Shown: in pieces, positions 19,723 through 28,479 of the stretch
Numbering within the stretch: the first letter of the stretch is position 1
Layout of the letters: each line of letters starts with the position of its first letter
Notes under the pieces: generated by a model
What the model was told of the DNA's origin: nothing
Databases searched by the model: none
The model's input: the letters and a program-made list of their open reading frames with translations, nothing else
From: Patescibacteria group bacterium
GTDB taxonomy: Bacteria > Patescibacteriota > Microgenomatia > UBA10105 > UBA927
Reading direction: 5' to 3'
NCBI GenBank assembly: GCA_023379025.1
Contig: JAMCTH010000009.1
Span: 213,318 to 277,317 of the forward strand
Length of the DNA stretch: 64,000 nt
Program-made: the position numbers and the translations under genes

Positions 19723-20301
19723 ATGCCGATCTATACCCGTACCGGAGACAGCGGCGAGACATCCCTTTTCGGCGGCAAACGGGTCCTCAAGTGCCATGAA
19801 CTTGTGGATGCGTACGGTTCTCTGGACGAACTCAACAGCTGGGTAGGACTGGTTATTTCCGGCCCGCTCACGGGCGAACAGAAGCAGTTTTTTACGACGG
19901 TCCAGTCTGACCTTTTTCTCCTGGGGTCGGGTCTTGCGGGATGGCCGGCAGATCTTTCTCCGCTTGCAACCCGAATCCCCCGGATAGAAGGTGAAATAGA
20001 TGCGATGGAGGCAAAGCTTCCGGCGCTTGCCAACTTCATTCTTCCCGGCGGCTCGCCCTATGCCGCGTATGCCCATATTACGCGCAGCATCTGCCGCAGG
20101 GTGGAGCGGCAGGTGGTTGCCCTCCGGGGAAAGCAGGAGGTCGACCCCGGGATTGTCCCGTACCTCAACCGGTTGTCGGACTTGTTTTTTGTCCTGGCCA
20201 GGTCTATAAATAGTGACGCACACATCGGGGAAACGGTTTGGACCGGTATTCCCCGGAATATAAACAATAGACACGTAAAGAACAAGAGGAACTCCGTGTA
20301 A
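19723..20301 (+). CDS. PduO-type ATP:cob(I)alamin adenosyltransferase
   Basis: N-terminus MPIYTRTGDSGETSLFGGKRV is the hallmark of the PduO/MMAB family; sits directly after the B12-dependent nrdJ. Confidence 0.7.
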   Translation: MPIYTRTGDSGETSLFGGKRVLKCHELVDAYGSLDELNSWVGLVISGPLTGEQKQFFTTVQSDLFLLGSGLAGWPADLSPLATRIPRIEGEIDAMEAKLPALANFILPGGSPYAAYAHITRSICRRVERQVVALRGKQEVDPGIVPYLNRLSDLFFVLARSINSDAHIGETVWTGIPRNINNRHVKNKRNSV

Positions 20302-20472
20302 ATCGGAGGCTGTGCCGCAACGGTGACAACGAAAAGCCCGGAACTCTTCTTTACGCAATATCCCGAGCAGGAGCACGACGCAATAAGCGGATAGGACAAT
20401 AAACCATACACGGATAAGGAAGAGGATCCATGATTCCTTATGGGTTTATTGGATGATTGGCTTATGGAGCAC

Positions 20473-20498
20473 CCTCCCGACCGGGAGGGATTTTTTTG
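20473..20498 (+). terminator. rho-independent terminator
   Basis: CCCTCCCG-ac-CGGGAGGG hairpin followed by a T7 run, immediately before a GGAGGAG RBS and the ATG at 20511. Confidence 0.45.
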
Positions 20499-20510
20499 GA
20501 GGAGTATCCT

Positions 20511-22466
20511 ATGCCGGCAGATTGTGAATGCAAAAACGAAACCTGGAAAATTTCCTACGACGACGACGTTGCCACGGTTAAGGCGGTGTATCCGCACTGG
20601 ACGGATCACGAAGTGCGGCTGGAAGCGGCCCGGCTGTTCCGGCCGAAATATGCTTCTGACCGTTTATCGGTCGAGCATGAGTCGTCAGCTTTGGATGAAT
20701 ATGATACCGGTGTCACGTTTACCGTGGAGGGGGAACAACTGATTTACACAAGCGGCGGATACGAAGGCATGGGCATTGAGGATTTCAGTCTGCGCCAGCG
20801 GCGGCTTACGCCGGAGAAGTATTCGCTGCGGGATCACCAGACATCCCTTGCTCTTCAGGAAGCATTTGTGCGCGGCGCCCGCCGTGTCGTAACGTCCTAC
20901 TGGCGCGAAGGGGATGATGTCCGGGATATCGTTGAGATGCGCTATGATCCGGAAGCGCGGGAGGGGCATATTTTCATCAGGAATACCACCGGGGGCGGAC
21001 AGAATCATACGTATACTGAAATCCAATCCATTGCGCAGACACAGTTCCGCGACTTTCATGCCGTCCGTCCCACAGAAGGCATATTTCTCCTGACCGATAT
21101 CAGGATAGACGAGGGCGTTTTTCGGAGGACAGTTTCCAGAGTCCAGAATGCGGAATTGCCGGAGGACCGGTCTGCTGACGACAGATCCCGGATCCGTGAA
21201 GCGCCCCGGGCGCTGATCCGGAGCGAAAGCGCGCCGGAACCGTCCCAGAACGCGCGTTTCGTCCGGGCAGCGCATCCGGCAGTTTCTGAACTGCCCTACA
21301 CCATCGCAGCGCGTACGATACGCGAAACGCGGGAGACGGTACGGAGGGTGGCCGACCGGCTGGCGACAACGTCCGCCAACCGGAAGTCGGCCAAGGAACC
21401 GCATCCGGACTCCGGGGGGAAGAAACCTGCGCACGGGGTGCACGTCCGTGGGTATGGCGCGGAGTCCGGTGATGCGATCAAACGCCGGGGGTTCAGACGA
21501 CGGGAGCGCAGACATCCTGAGCAGGTAGGTGCCAGAGGGCGCAGACGACATGGTACACCCTTCCTGACCCGGGCGGAGACCACTTCCCTTCCTGTTTTCG
21601 GGCGACGGGGAGCCGGCAGAATGCAGCAGAAACCGGAAACCGAATTCTTCTTTGGTGCCGATTCCGCAAAGCGACGCATATTGCAGGAACGGAAATACCA
21701 GGAAGCGGGTACACCGCTCCGTGCGGCTGAAAGGACAAACCGTACGCATACAAAAGACCGGAAGGGGAGAACGCCGGCTGCTCCGGTTCGGAGAGGATCA
21801 GAACGGACTGCCCGGGGTAAACCGCAACGGGAGATACTCCGCCATACGTCCCGTGGTCCGGTGGCAGCGGAACGGGTGCTGAAACGCCGCAAGGAGCGGC
21901 CGGCCCGCAGGGTTCTGGCTCAGCTGCTGGCCCGTGCCGGATTTGGCAAAGAGCGTGCGGCACCCCGCGACGCAGCGGGGAAACGGGTAACAGAACGGAG
22001 GCATCAGGCGCCGTGTGAAGTAAACCATACGGCGGAGACCGGCGCGGGGCGGGAAAGATTCCCGGTCAGCGGCGGGGAGAAGGCCGCCGTGCTTAGCCGG
22101 TGTCTTCTCCTCTGGTTCCTTTGGGACGGACTGCGGACAAAAAATAAGCCTTCAAACCAGTTTTCCGGGCCGAATCGGGAGAAAACGGTTCGGCACGTTT
22201 CCGGTCGTACGCCGGGTCGTGGAAGCCCGGTATATTCACGGGAGGAGGGGATCCGCGTTGGTCAGGAGGAAGCATCACGCGGGCCCACATATCTTCTTTT
22301 GGCCATCATTTGGTATCTCGCGATGCTTCGGGAACAGGGGATACGCAACATCCCCGGTTCTTTTCACCCGGCGTCCGCCGCAAGGACACAGAACAAGCGG
22401 AGAAGACGCACCGGAAACAGACGGCACATTCCGCAGTGCGGCATAATCTTTCTGGCCCGTTCATGA
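20511..22466 (+). CDS. hypothetical protein: ~230-aa globular N-terminal domain plus ~400-aa Arg-rich low-complexity tail (coding status of the tail uncertain)
   Basis: Start trimmed to the ATG 6 nt after a strong RBS; N-terminal part has ordinary composition (VKAVYPHWTDHEVRLEAARLF...); the tail is very R/A/G/P-rich, all opposite-strand frames are also open, and a GGGGAT-N7-ATCCCC hairpin sits at 22337-22364 inside the ORF. Confidence 0.35.
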   Translation: MPADCECKNETWKISYDDDVATVKAVYPHWTDHEVRLEAARLFRPKYASDRLSVEHESSALDEYDTGVTFTVEGEQLIYTSGGYEGMGIEDFSLRQRRLTPEKYSLRDHQTSLALQEAFVRGARRVVTSYWREGDDVRDIVEMRYDPEAREGHIFIRNTTGGGQNHTYTEIQSIAQTQFRDFHAVRPTEGIFLLTDIRIDEGVFRRTVSRVQNAELPEDRSADDRSRIREAPRALIRSESAPEPSQNARFVRAAHPAVSELPYTIAARTIRETRETVRRVADRLATTSANRKSAKEPHPDSGGKKPAHGVHVRGYGAESGDAIKRRGFRRRERRHPEQVGARGRRRHGTPFLTRAETTSLPVFGRRGAGRMQQKPETEFFFGADSAKRRILQERKYQEAGTPLRAAERTNRTHTKDRKGRTPAAPVRRGSERTARGKPQREILRHTSRGPVAAERVLKRRKERPARRVLAQLLARAGFGKERAAPRDAAGKRVTERRHQAPCEVNHTAETGAGRERFPVSGGEKAAVLSRCLLLWFLWDGLRTKNKPSNQFSGPNREKTVRHVSGRTPGRGSPVYSREEGIRVGQEEASRGPTYLLLAIIWYLAMLREQGIRNIPGSFHPASAARTQNKRRRRTGNRRHIPQCGIIFLARS

Positions 22467-22478
22467 TATGATGACAGT

Positions 22479-22952
22479 ATGAATGATCTGCCCGTTCAGC
22501 CCGTCAATAGCGGATCCGGTGCAGGGGCAAACGTCCCCTCTCCTGTCCCGGGTTTAACGCCGGCTCCGATATCTGCCGCCGCGGGAAGTATCGGAACGAA
22601 GGAGCGGGAAAGCGGTTCGGCACGAAGCAGGGAATATCCGCAAATCCGGGAGATCGGGCGCGAAACGGAACTTCCTCCCGAGGTAGCTCGGGCAGGGGTC
22701 AGAATCCAGCCGACTCCCGTGCCCCTGCCGACAAAACTATCGCCGGTTCCGGTGCCGGCTCCCGCGGCACCAGCAGGTCAGCCCCCGGCCATCGCGCTTC
22801 CGTTGACGGACGATCAAATCGCACAGGGCCTGCATCAGAGTATTGTGAGCTCCTGGCGATGGCTTGCCGAATGGTGTCTCAGGAAACTAAAGCAAGTTCA
22901 TGTGACCATTAAATCCATGGGCGGAAAAACGGTTGAGGTAAAAATAAAATAG
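22479..22952 (+). CDS. Pro/Ala-rich hypothetical protein with C-terminal amphipathic segment
   Basis: 157-aa ORF, PVPxP repeats, C-terminal QGLHQSIVSSWRWLAEWCLRKL; directly upstream of the membrane ATPase. Confidence 0.4.
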   Translation: MNDLPVQPVNSGSGAGANVPSPVPGLTPAPISAAAGSIGTKERESGSARSREYPQIREIGRETELPPEVARAGVRIQPTPVPLPTKLSPVPVPAPAAPAGQPPAIALPLTDDQIAQGLHQSIVSSWRWLAEWCLRKLKQVHVTIKSMGGKTVEVKIK

Positions 22953-22974
22953 AACCGTCACCAACGCTATTTTT

Positions 22975-25326
22975 ATGCCGGATCAATTTAGTAATCTTAT
23001 TTTTCAATTGGAAGTTTTGGGAGTAAGCGTCATTGTTATGCTTATCTGTCTTGCGGGGCTTGCTGCACTTGGGTTTGCCGCGTTTCTTCTCTGGAAGTAT
23101 CGCGATCGGGAGGATCGGTCACTCGAGTATGTGCTTCTTCAGATCGCGGTACCAAGAGATAATGAAATAAAGATAGATGTCGCAGAACAATTATTTGCAA
23201 GCCTTTACAGTATCCACCACGGTGGCTTTTGGTCATTTTTGAAACCTCAGGAACACGCATCCTTTGAAATTGTGGCCAAACACGAGGATATTCGGTTTTA
23301 CGTTTCCGTTCACCGGAAACTTATGGACCTTGTGGAAAAACAAATACATGGGGCATATCCAGGGGCTGATATCCGTCAAGTTGACGAATACACCATTTTT
23401 ACGCAAACCGGCAAGGTTGCATTCGCCGCACTAAAATTGAAAAACGCCGATTTTTTTCCGCTCCGGGTATATCGGGATTTACCAACGGATCCGTTGTCAC
23501 TTTTAACGTCAGTCCTTGCAAAAATGGGGGAGGAAGAGGGAGCTGTCGTTCAGGTGCTTATTCAACCAGCGGAAGGCAAGTGGCGAAAATTCGGCCGCTC
23601 ATATATTTCCAAGACAAAGAAGGATGAGGCAAATCCGGAAAAAGCAAGCTTTAAAGTTGATCAAAAGACTCTCGAGGCAATTGAACAAAAGACGAGTAAA
23701 CCCGGATTTAATACCGTGGTCCGGCTTGTCGTATCGTCACCGACTCAGGAGGCTGCCAAGATGCACCTTGACAATTTGCTCTCAGCGTTCAGTCAGTTTT
23801 CTTCAGACAACAATAATTTCACCAAGGTAAAACATCCGATTAAAAAATTGTTTATGGTCGATTTTATCTATCGATACTTTCCGGTATGTAATCTGCCGTT
23901 TTTTAGCCAATACAGCGTCCTCAATAGCGATGAACTTGCGACCGTGTACCATCTTCCCAATAAATCCGTCGAAACGGCGCATATATTTTGGCTTAATGCA
24001 AAACGAGCACCGGCGCCTTCACAAATTCCGACTGCCGGTTTATATCTCGGTATTTCCCGTTATCGGGGAGTTGATCGGCCAATTTATGTCGGTGATGATG
24101 ACAGGAGACGGCATGTCTATATCATCGGGAAGACCGGTACAGGGAAATCACAACTTCTTGAAGAGATGGTGATGCAGGATATTAACGCCGGTCGCGGCGT
24201 TGCGGTTATCGATCCACACGGTGATCTCGTTGAAGGAATTCTCTCACGTGTGCCGGCAGCACGGGCCGAGGACGTCATCTATTTCGATCCGGGTGATTCC
24301 GAACGCCCGATGGGCCTCAATATGCTTGAAGCATCGACGGAACAGCAGAAACATTTTGTGGCGACATCGATCGTCGGACTCATGTACAAACTCTACGACC
24401 CCATGAAAACCGGCATCATCGGTCCCCGGTTCGAGCACGCCATCAGGAATGCCATGCTGACGGTCATGGAGGCAGTCGATCACGGGACATTTATCGAAGT
24501 TGTCCAGACACTCCAGCGGCCGGATTTTGTTCAGGAACTTCTTCCAAAAGTGCAGGATCCGATCGTACGCAGATATTGGACCGATCAGATCGCGCAAACC
24601 GCTGATTTCCATAAGTCGGAAGTCCTGGATTACATCGTCTCCAAGTTCGGGCGCTTTGTCACCAATAAACTCATGCGCAACATCATCGGGCAGTCCTATT
24701 CCTCGTTTGATTTCCGTAAGGTCATGGATGAAGGGAAAATCCTCCTGGTCAACCTTGCCAAGGGGAAACTCGGCGAGGAAAACAGCAATTTTCTGGGGCT
24801 TATCCTTGTGCCGCGGATTCTCGTTTCGGCGATGAGCCGGCAGGAAATGCCCGAGGAGAAGCGCCGCGATTTTTATCTGTATGTCGACGAGTTTCAGAAT
24901 TTCGCAACGCCGGATTTTGCCCAGATCCTTTCCGAAGCGCGCAAATACCGACTCAACCTTATCGTTGCCAACCAGTTTATCGGACAGATGGAGGAGGAGG
25001 TGAAAAATGCCGTATTCGGCAACGTCGGCTCGCTTATCTCCTTCCGTGTCGGCGTGACGGATGCCAATTACCTTCAGCACGAGTACCAGCCGACGTTTAA
25101 CGAGACGGACCTCATCAATATCGATAAATATAATGCCTATGTGAAAACTATCGTCCGCAACGAACCGGTGAAACCCTTCAGCATGGATCTGACGAAAGAC
25201 ATGGCCAAAGTCAACAGTCTCAAAAATCCCGAGATTGCTGCCGCCATCGTTCAGCTCTCGCGCCTCAAGTACGGAAGATCACGCGAGATCGTAGAAGCGG
25301 AGATCAGTCAGCGCGCCAGACTGTAA
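22975..25326 (+). CDS. membrane-anchored P-loop ATPase of the VirB4/VirD4 (conjugative transfer / DNA-translocase, AAA_10/TraG-D_C-like) superfamily
   Basis: N-terminal TM hairpin (LEVLGVSVIVMLICLAGLAALGFAAFLLW); Walker A YIIGKTGTGKSQ followed by VIDPHGD; Walker B context FYLYVDEFQNF; 783 aa. Confidence 0.6.
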   Translation: MPDQFSNLIFQLEVLGVSVIVMLICLAGLAALGFAAFLLWKYRDREDRSLEYVLLQIAVPRDNEIKIDVAEQLFASLYSIHHGGFWSFLKPQEHASFEIVAKHEDIRFYVSVHRKLMDLVEKQIHGAYPGADIRQVDEYTIFTQTGKVAFAALKLKNADFFPLRVYRDLPTDPLSLLTSVLAKMGEEEGAVVQVLIQPAEGKWRKFGRSYISKTKKDEANPEKASFKVDQKTLEAIEQKTSKPGFNTVVRLVVSSPTQEAAKMHLDNLLSAFSQFSSDNNNFTKVKHPIKKLFMVDFIYRYFPVCNLPFFSQYSVLNSDELATVYHLPNKSVETAHIFWLNAKRAPAPSQIPTAGLYLGISRYRGVDRPIYVGDDDRRRHVYIIGKTGTGKSQLLEEMVMQDINAGRGVAVIDPHGDLVEGILSRVPAARAEDVIYFDPGDSERPMGLNMLEASTEQQKHFVATSIVGLMYKLYDPMKTGIIGPRFEHAIRNAMLTVMEAVDHGTFIEVVQTLQRPDFVQELLPKVQDPIVRRYWTDQIAQTADFHKSEVLDYIVSKFGRFVTNKLMRNIIGQSYSSFDFRKVMDEGKILLVNLAKGKLGEENSNFLGLILVPRILVSAMSRQEMPEEKRRDFYLYVDEFQNFATPDFAQILSEARKYRLNLIVANQFIGQMEEEVKNAVFGNVGSLISFRVGVTDANYLQHEYQPTFNETDLINIDKYNAYVKTIVRNEPVKPFSMDLTKDMAKVNSLKNPEIAAAIVQLSRLKYGRSREIVEAEISQRARL

Positions 25327-25383
25327 CCACCTCTTTATTTCTGATTCCTTGTATTTTATTATTCGTGTATTCGCAGTATTTTC

Positions 25384-26745
25384 ATGGAAACGACCGTCTA
25401 CATCTTCAATATGTCCGAGGACGTCTGGCCGTTTATTGCAGCCATGGCGGATCCTGCCGCACGGGCGGCGGAGATTGACGAGAATGCGGATCTCGGTGAC
25501 CGCGAACTTTTTTCCCTGGCCGATGAACATAACATCCTCTTTATCGCTCCCAAACCGGTCAGCCCGGAGTTTTTCGACTATACCACCGATCTTCTCGGTA
25601 CAAAAAATGTCAGGGTGATCAGTCCGCGGGTGCACAGCGGGGTAATCTGCGAAGACATTCTCCGCGATGACCGTATCCTTTCTGCGCTTTCCGACGCGGC
25701 AAATTCGTCAAGGCGGCTTGCCCTGACAAGCTACACGACATCCATGCAGTTCCTTTCCCTTGCGCGGACGCTTCGGAAGCGGGGACTGACGGTCACGACG
25801 CCGGAGTCGCCTGAGTGGGATGACGCCTGGACCGTCAATTTCTACGGCAGTAAGTCCGGCATACGGCAGCTTGCCCAGCAAAGCAGGGCCGTCGAGCCGG
25901 ACTTTCTGATGGCGGACGGGCTTATCTGTTCCGGCATCACGGATGCCGCCAAAATCGCTGCCAAAAAATACATCAAGGAAAACGGTGTCGTCATCAAGAC
26001 CAATAAAGGCCATTCGGGTGCCGGCGTCCTCATTTTTCGCCCCGGCGATCTGCCGGGAGACTACAATACCTGCGAGCAGGAGATTTACCGCAAGCTTACG
26101 GAAGATCCGTACTGGGAGAAATTTCCGATCATTATCGAAGATTTTATCCAGATCACTCCGGCTATTGGCGGGGGATTTCCCAATGTCGAATTCAAGATTC
26201 AAAAAAATGGCCATATCGAGTTTCTTTACTATTGCGGCATGAGGATCACGAAGGACGGTGTATTCAGGGGAGTGGAAATACATAACGAAGTCGTTTCAGA
26301 CAGGACAGCGGCCCAGATGGTCGATACCGGGTTTTTTATCGCTGAACGGTATTCAGCGGCAGGATACCGGGGATACTTTGACGTGGATTTTGTCGCGGGC
26401 AGGAGCGGTACGCTCTACGTCACCGAATCGAACGTCCGGAAAACCGGCGGAACGCATGTCTACCACACGGCATTGCGCCTGTTCGGGCGCGATTTTATGT
26501 ACCTCACCTACATACTCTCCCATACGTCATACTCTCTGCCGTATGCGAGGCCGCCGGGCTTCCCGGATATGCTGGAGACGCTCCGGCCGGTGCTCTATGA
26601 CAGGGAAACCAAGGAAGGGCTGGTCGTGGTATCGGAAAACCTTCTCACCAGCCGGAATACGCTTGCCTACATCATTTTCGGGAAGAATAAAAAACGCGCC
26701 CTTGAGATAGAAGAAGAGATGGAAGGGTTGATCCGAAGCCGCTGA
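25384..26745 (+). CDS. ATP-grasp-fold ligase-like protein
   Basis: GVVIKTNKGHSGAGVLIF...IIEDFIQ...EFLYYCGMRITKDGVFRGVEIHNE resembles ATP-grasp central/C-terminal domains; assignment by motif only. Confidence 0.4.
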   Translation: METTVYIFNMSEDVWPFIAAMADPAARAAEIDENADLGDRELFSLADEHNILFIAPKPVSPEFFDYTTDLLGTKNVRVISPRVHSGVICEDILRDDRILSALSDAANSSRRLALTSYTTSMQFLSLARTLRKRGLTVTTPESPEWDDAWTVNFYGSKSGIRQLAQQSRAVEPDFLMADGLICSGITDAAKIAAKKYIKENGVVIKTNKGHSGAGVLIFRPGDLPGDYNTCEQEIYRKLTEDPYWEKFPIIIEDFIQITPAIGGGFPNVEFKIQKNGHIEFLYYCGMRITKDGVFRGVEIHNEVVSDRTAAQMVDTGFFIAERYSAAGYRGYFDVDFVAGRSGTLYVTESNVRKTGGTHVYHTALRLFGRDFMYLTYILSHTSYSLPYARPPGFPDMLETLRPVLYDRETKEGLVVVSENLLTSRNTLAYIIFGKNKKRALEIEEEMEGLIRSR

Positions 26746-26852
26746 CACCCCTTTTTGAACGCCCGTATCCCTCTCTCCATGCCATGGAATACCCATGCTC
26801 CATTTGATACAATTGAGGCGGTCCGGTGGACCATATCAGAAACCATACGAAG

Positions 26853-26924
26853 GCGCCCGTAGCTCAGCGGCAGAGCGCGTGTCTTATAAACACGAGGCGC
26901 TTGGATCGTCACCAAGCGGGCGCA
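26853..26924 (+). tRNA. tRNA-Ile (anticodon TAT / UAU)
   Basis: Manual cloverleaf: acceptor GCGCCCG/CGGGCGC, D-arm GCTC-AGCGGCA-GAGC, anticodon stem CGTGT/ACACG with loop CTTATAA (U33, A37), T-arm CTTGG-ATCGTCA-CCAAG, discriminator A; T-loop is atypical (A54, U58). Confidence 0.55.
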
Positions 26925-26944
26925 CAGAATTCAGTTATTCAATT

Positions 26945-27526
26945 ATGGATATACCCCACGTCAAACAAACGGAAGAAGAGGTAGTGGTGTTGGTCGATGA
27001 AGACAATCACGAGATCGGTACGGCGCCGAAAGCGACAGTTCATGCCAATAATACGCCATTACACCGGGGTTTTTCATTATTTCTATTTAATTCCAAAGGT
27101 CAATTGTTATTGACCCGTCGCGCCCTAACAAAAAAGACCTTTCCCGGTGTCTGGACGAATACAGTATGCGGCCATCCCGGGCCGGGGGAGAGTGTAGAAG
27201 ATGCCGCAAGAAGAAGGCTATATGAGGAGTTGGGAGTTTCATTAGGGTTGAACCCTGGCGCCCAGGGTTCAACCCTGTCGCAGAACATAAGAGTTGTCAC
27301 CCCGTATTGCTATCGTTTTGCGGATCAAAACGGGATTGTAGAAAACGAGATCTGTCCTGTATTAGTGGCACATGCCGATGTTGAGCCTCATCCGAACAAA
27401 GCAGAAATTGAGGAATGGAAGTGGATAGACTGGCAGGAATTTCTTAACGAGGTTGAAACCCTGCCTCAGAAGTATTCTCCATGGAGTAGAGAAGAAACGA
27501 GGCTTCTTACAGCTCTTCCAGCTTGA
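26945..27526 (+). CDS. idi: isopentenyl-diphosphate delta-isomerase, type 1 (NUDIX fold)
   Basis: IDI-1 motifs FSLFLFNSKGQLLLTRRALTKKTFPGVWTNTVCGHP and YEELG; the track ORF starts upstream inside the tRNA and is trimmed to MDIPHV. Confidence 0.7.
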   Translation: MDIPHVKQTEEEVVVLVDEDNHEIGTAPKATVHANNTPLHRGFSLFLFNSKGQLLLTRRALTKKTFPGVWTNTVCGHPGPGESVEDAARRRLYEELGVSLGLNPGAQGSTLSQNIRVVTPYCYRFADQNGIVENEICPVLVAHADVEPHPNKAEIEEWKWIDWQEFLNEVETLPQKYSPWSREETRLLTALPA

Positions 27527-28370
27527 CGTTTTCGGCGGCTTTCCCTTTGACGAGTTCGAGATATTTTTCCGTTGTCGAGAGGCGTTTGTGACCGACGAGT
27601 TTAGAGAGCGTCGTGATAGGCGTGCCCGCCATGAGGTGATGGGCGATGAAGGTGTGCCGGAGGTCATTGACTTTGGCATCCTCAATGCCCGCGACGCGAA
27701 AATAGCGGTCAATAGCCGTGCGGATATTCCGGATCAGGAGCGGTTTGCCGGTTTTGGTAATAAACAGGGCTGACGACCCTTCTTTCCCCCGGATTTCCAG
27801 GTATTTACCAAGTGCTTCCTTGGCGGCCTTATTGAGGGGGACCATGCGTTCCGCATGACCCTCCTGGGCCGCAATATGGAGTTCCGTTTCCCGGACGTCT
27901 TCCGTCGTCAGATTGGCAAGCTCGCCGATACGCACTCCCGTCTGGAGAAAGAGCTCTACGATGGCATACGTCCTGACATCTCCGCGGCAGGCATCCCGAA
28001 GCGCCCGGTATTCGAGTTTGGAAAGGATGCGCGGCGGTTTCACTTCGTATTTGGGGTGTTCGATTTCGACTGCCGGATCCAGAGTGATAATACCGGAAGC
28101 CTTTAGGTATCGGAAAAAGGTTTTTATGGAATTGATCTTACGGGAGACGGACTTTGCCTTGTAATTGTCTGAGTTGAGCTTCTTGATGAACGCGTCAAGC
28201 TCTTCACGGCTTACGTCCCCGATGGTCTTTTTGCCCATGTTGGTGAGGAATGAGACCAATTGATCGATGTCTTTGCCGTATGCTACGATGGTAGCGCGGG
28301 CACGCCGGAGGCTCCCGAGGTATTCGGTAAACTGTCCGTGAGCAGCTTTGAGATCAAGTGCGGTAGCCAT
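27507..28370 (-). CDS. tyrosine recombinase (XerC/XerD-like integrase)
   Basis: N-terminal SAM-like core-binding domain, catalytic region with R...HxxR...Y (LRHTFIAHHLMAG...STTEKYLEL); 287 aa; lies between two convergent tRNA genes. Confidence 0.75.
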   Translation of the reverse strand: MATALDLKAAHGQFTEYLGSLRRARATIVAYGKDIDQLVSFLTNMGKKTIGDVSREELDAFIKKLNSDNYKAKSVSRKINSIKTFFRYLKASGIITLDPAVEIEHPKYEVKPPRILSKLEYRALRDACRGDVRTYAIVELFLQTGVRIGELANLTTEDVRETELHIAAQEGHAERMVPLNKAAKEALGKYLEIRGKEGSSALFITKTGKPLLIRNIRTAIDRYFRVAGIEDAKVNDLRHTFIAHHLMAGTPITTLSKLVGHKRLSTTEKYLELVKGKAAENVKLEEL

Positions 28371-28479
28371 GTGTCATTCGTGGATCAGGGCGCCACAACG
28401 TTCCGGCAGGTATTAACAGTACCCTATAATATCATAGAAAAAGATACAGTGCAAGTGGGGTAATTGCCGTTCCGTCGTT

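Noticed and set aside
18753-20376. Minus-strand ORFs of 304 and 347 aa
   Set aside because: Antisense to the nrdJ C-terminus and the PduO-type adenosyltransferase gene; no motifs; GC-rich shadow frames.
20685-21963. Three overlapping minus-strand ORFs (354, 198, 156 aa) opposite the Arg-rich ORF
   Set aside because: They mutually overlap and are Arg/Pro-rich low complexity; retained only as evidence that this region is open in all frames (see finding), not as genes.
24244-25080. 278-aa minus-strand ORF
   Set aside because: Antisense to the VirB4/VirD4-like ATPase C-terminal half, which carries Walker B and downstream conserved motifs.
26795-26944. N-terminal 50-codon extension of the idi ORF
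   Set aside because: The extension runs through the tRNA-Ile gene; the conserved IDI sequence starts at the internal ATG 26945.
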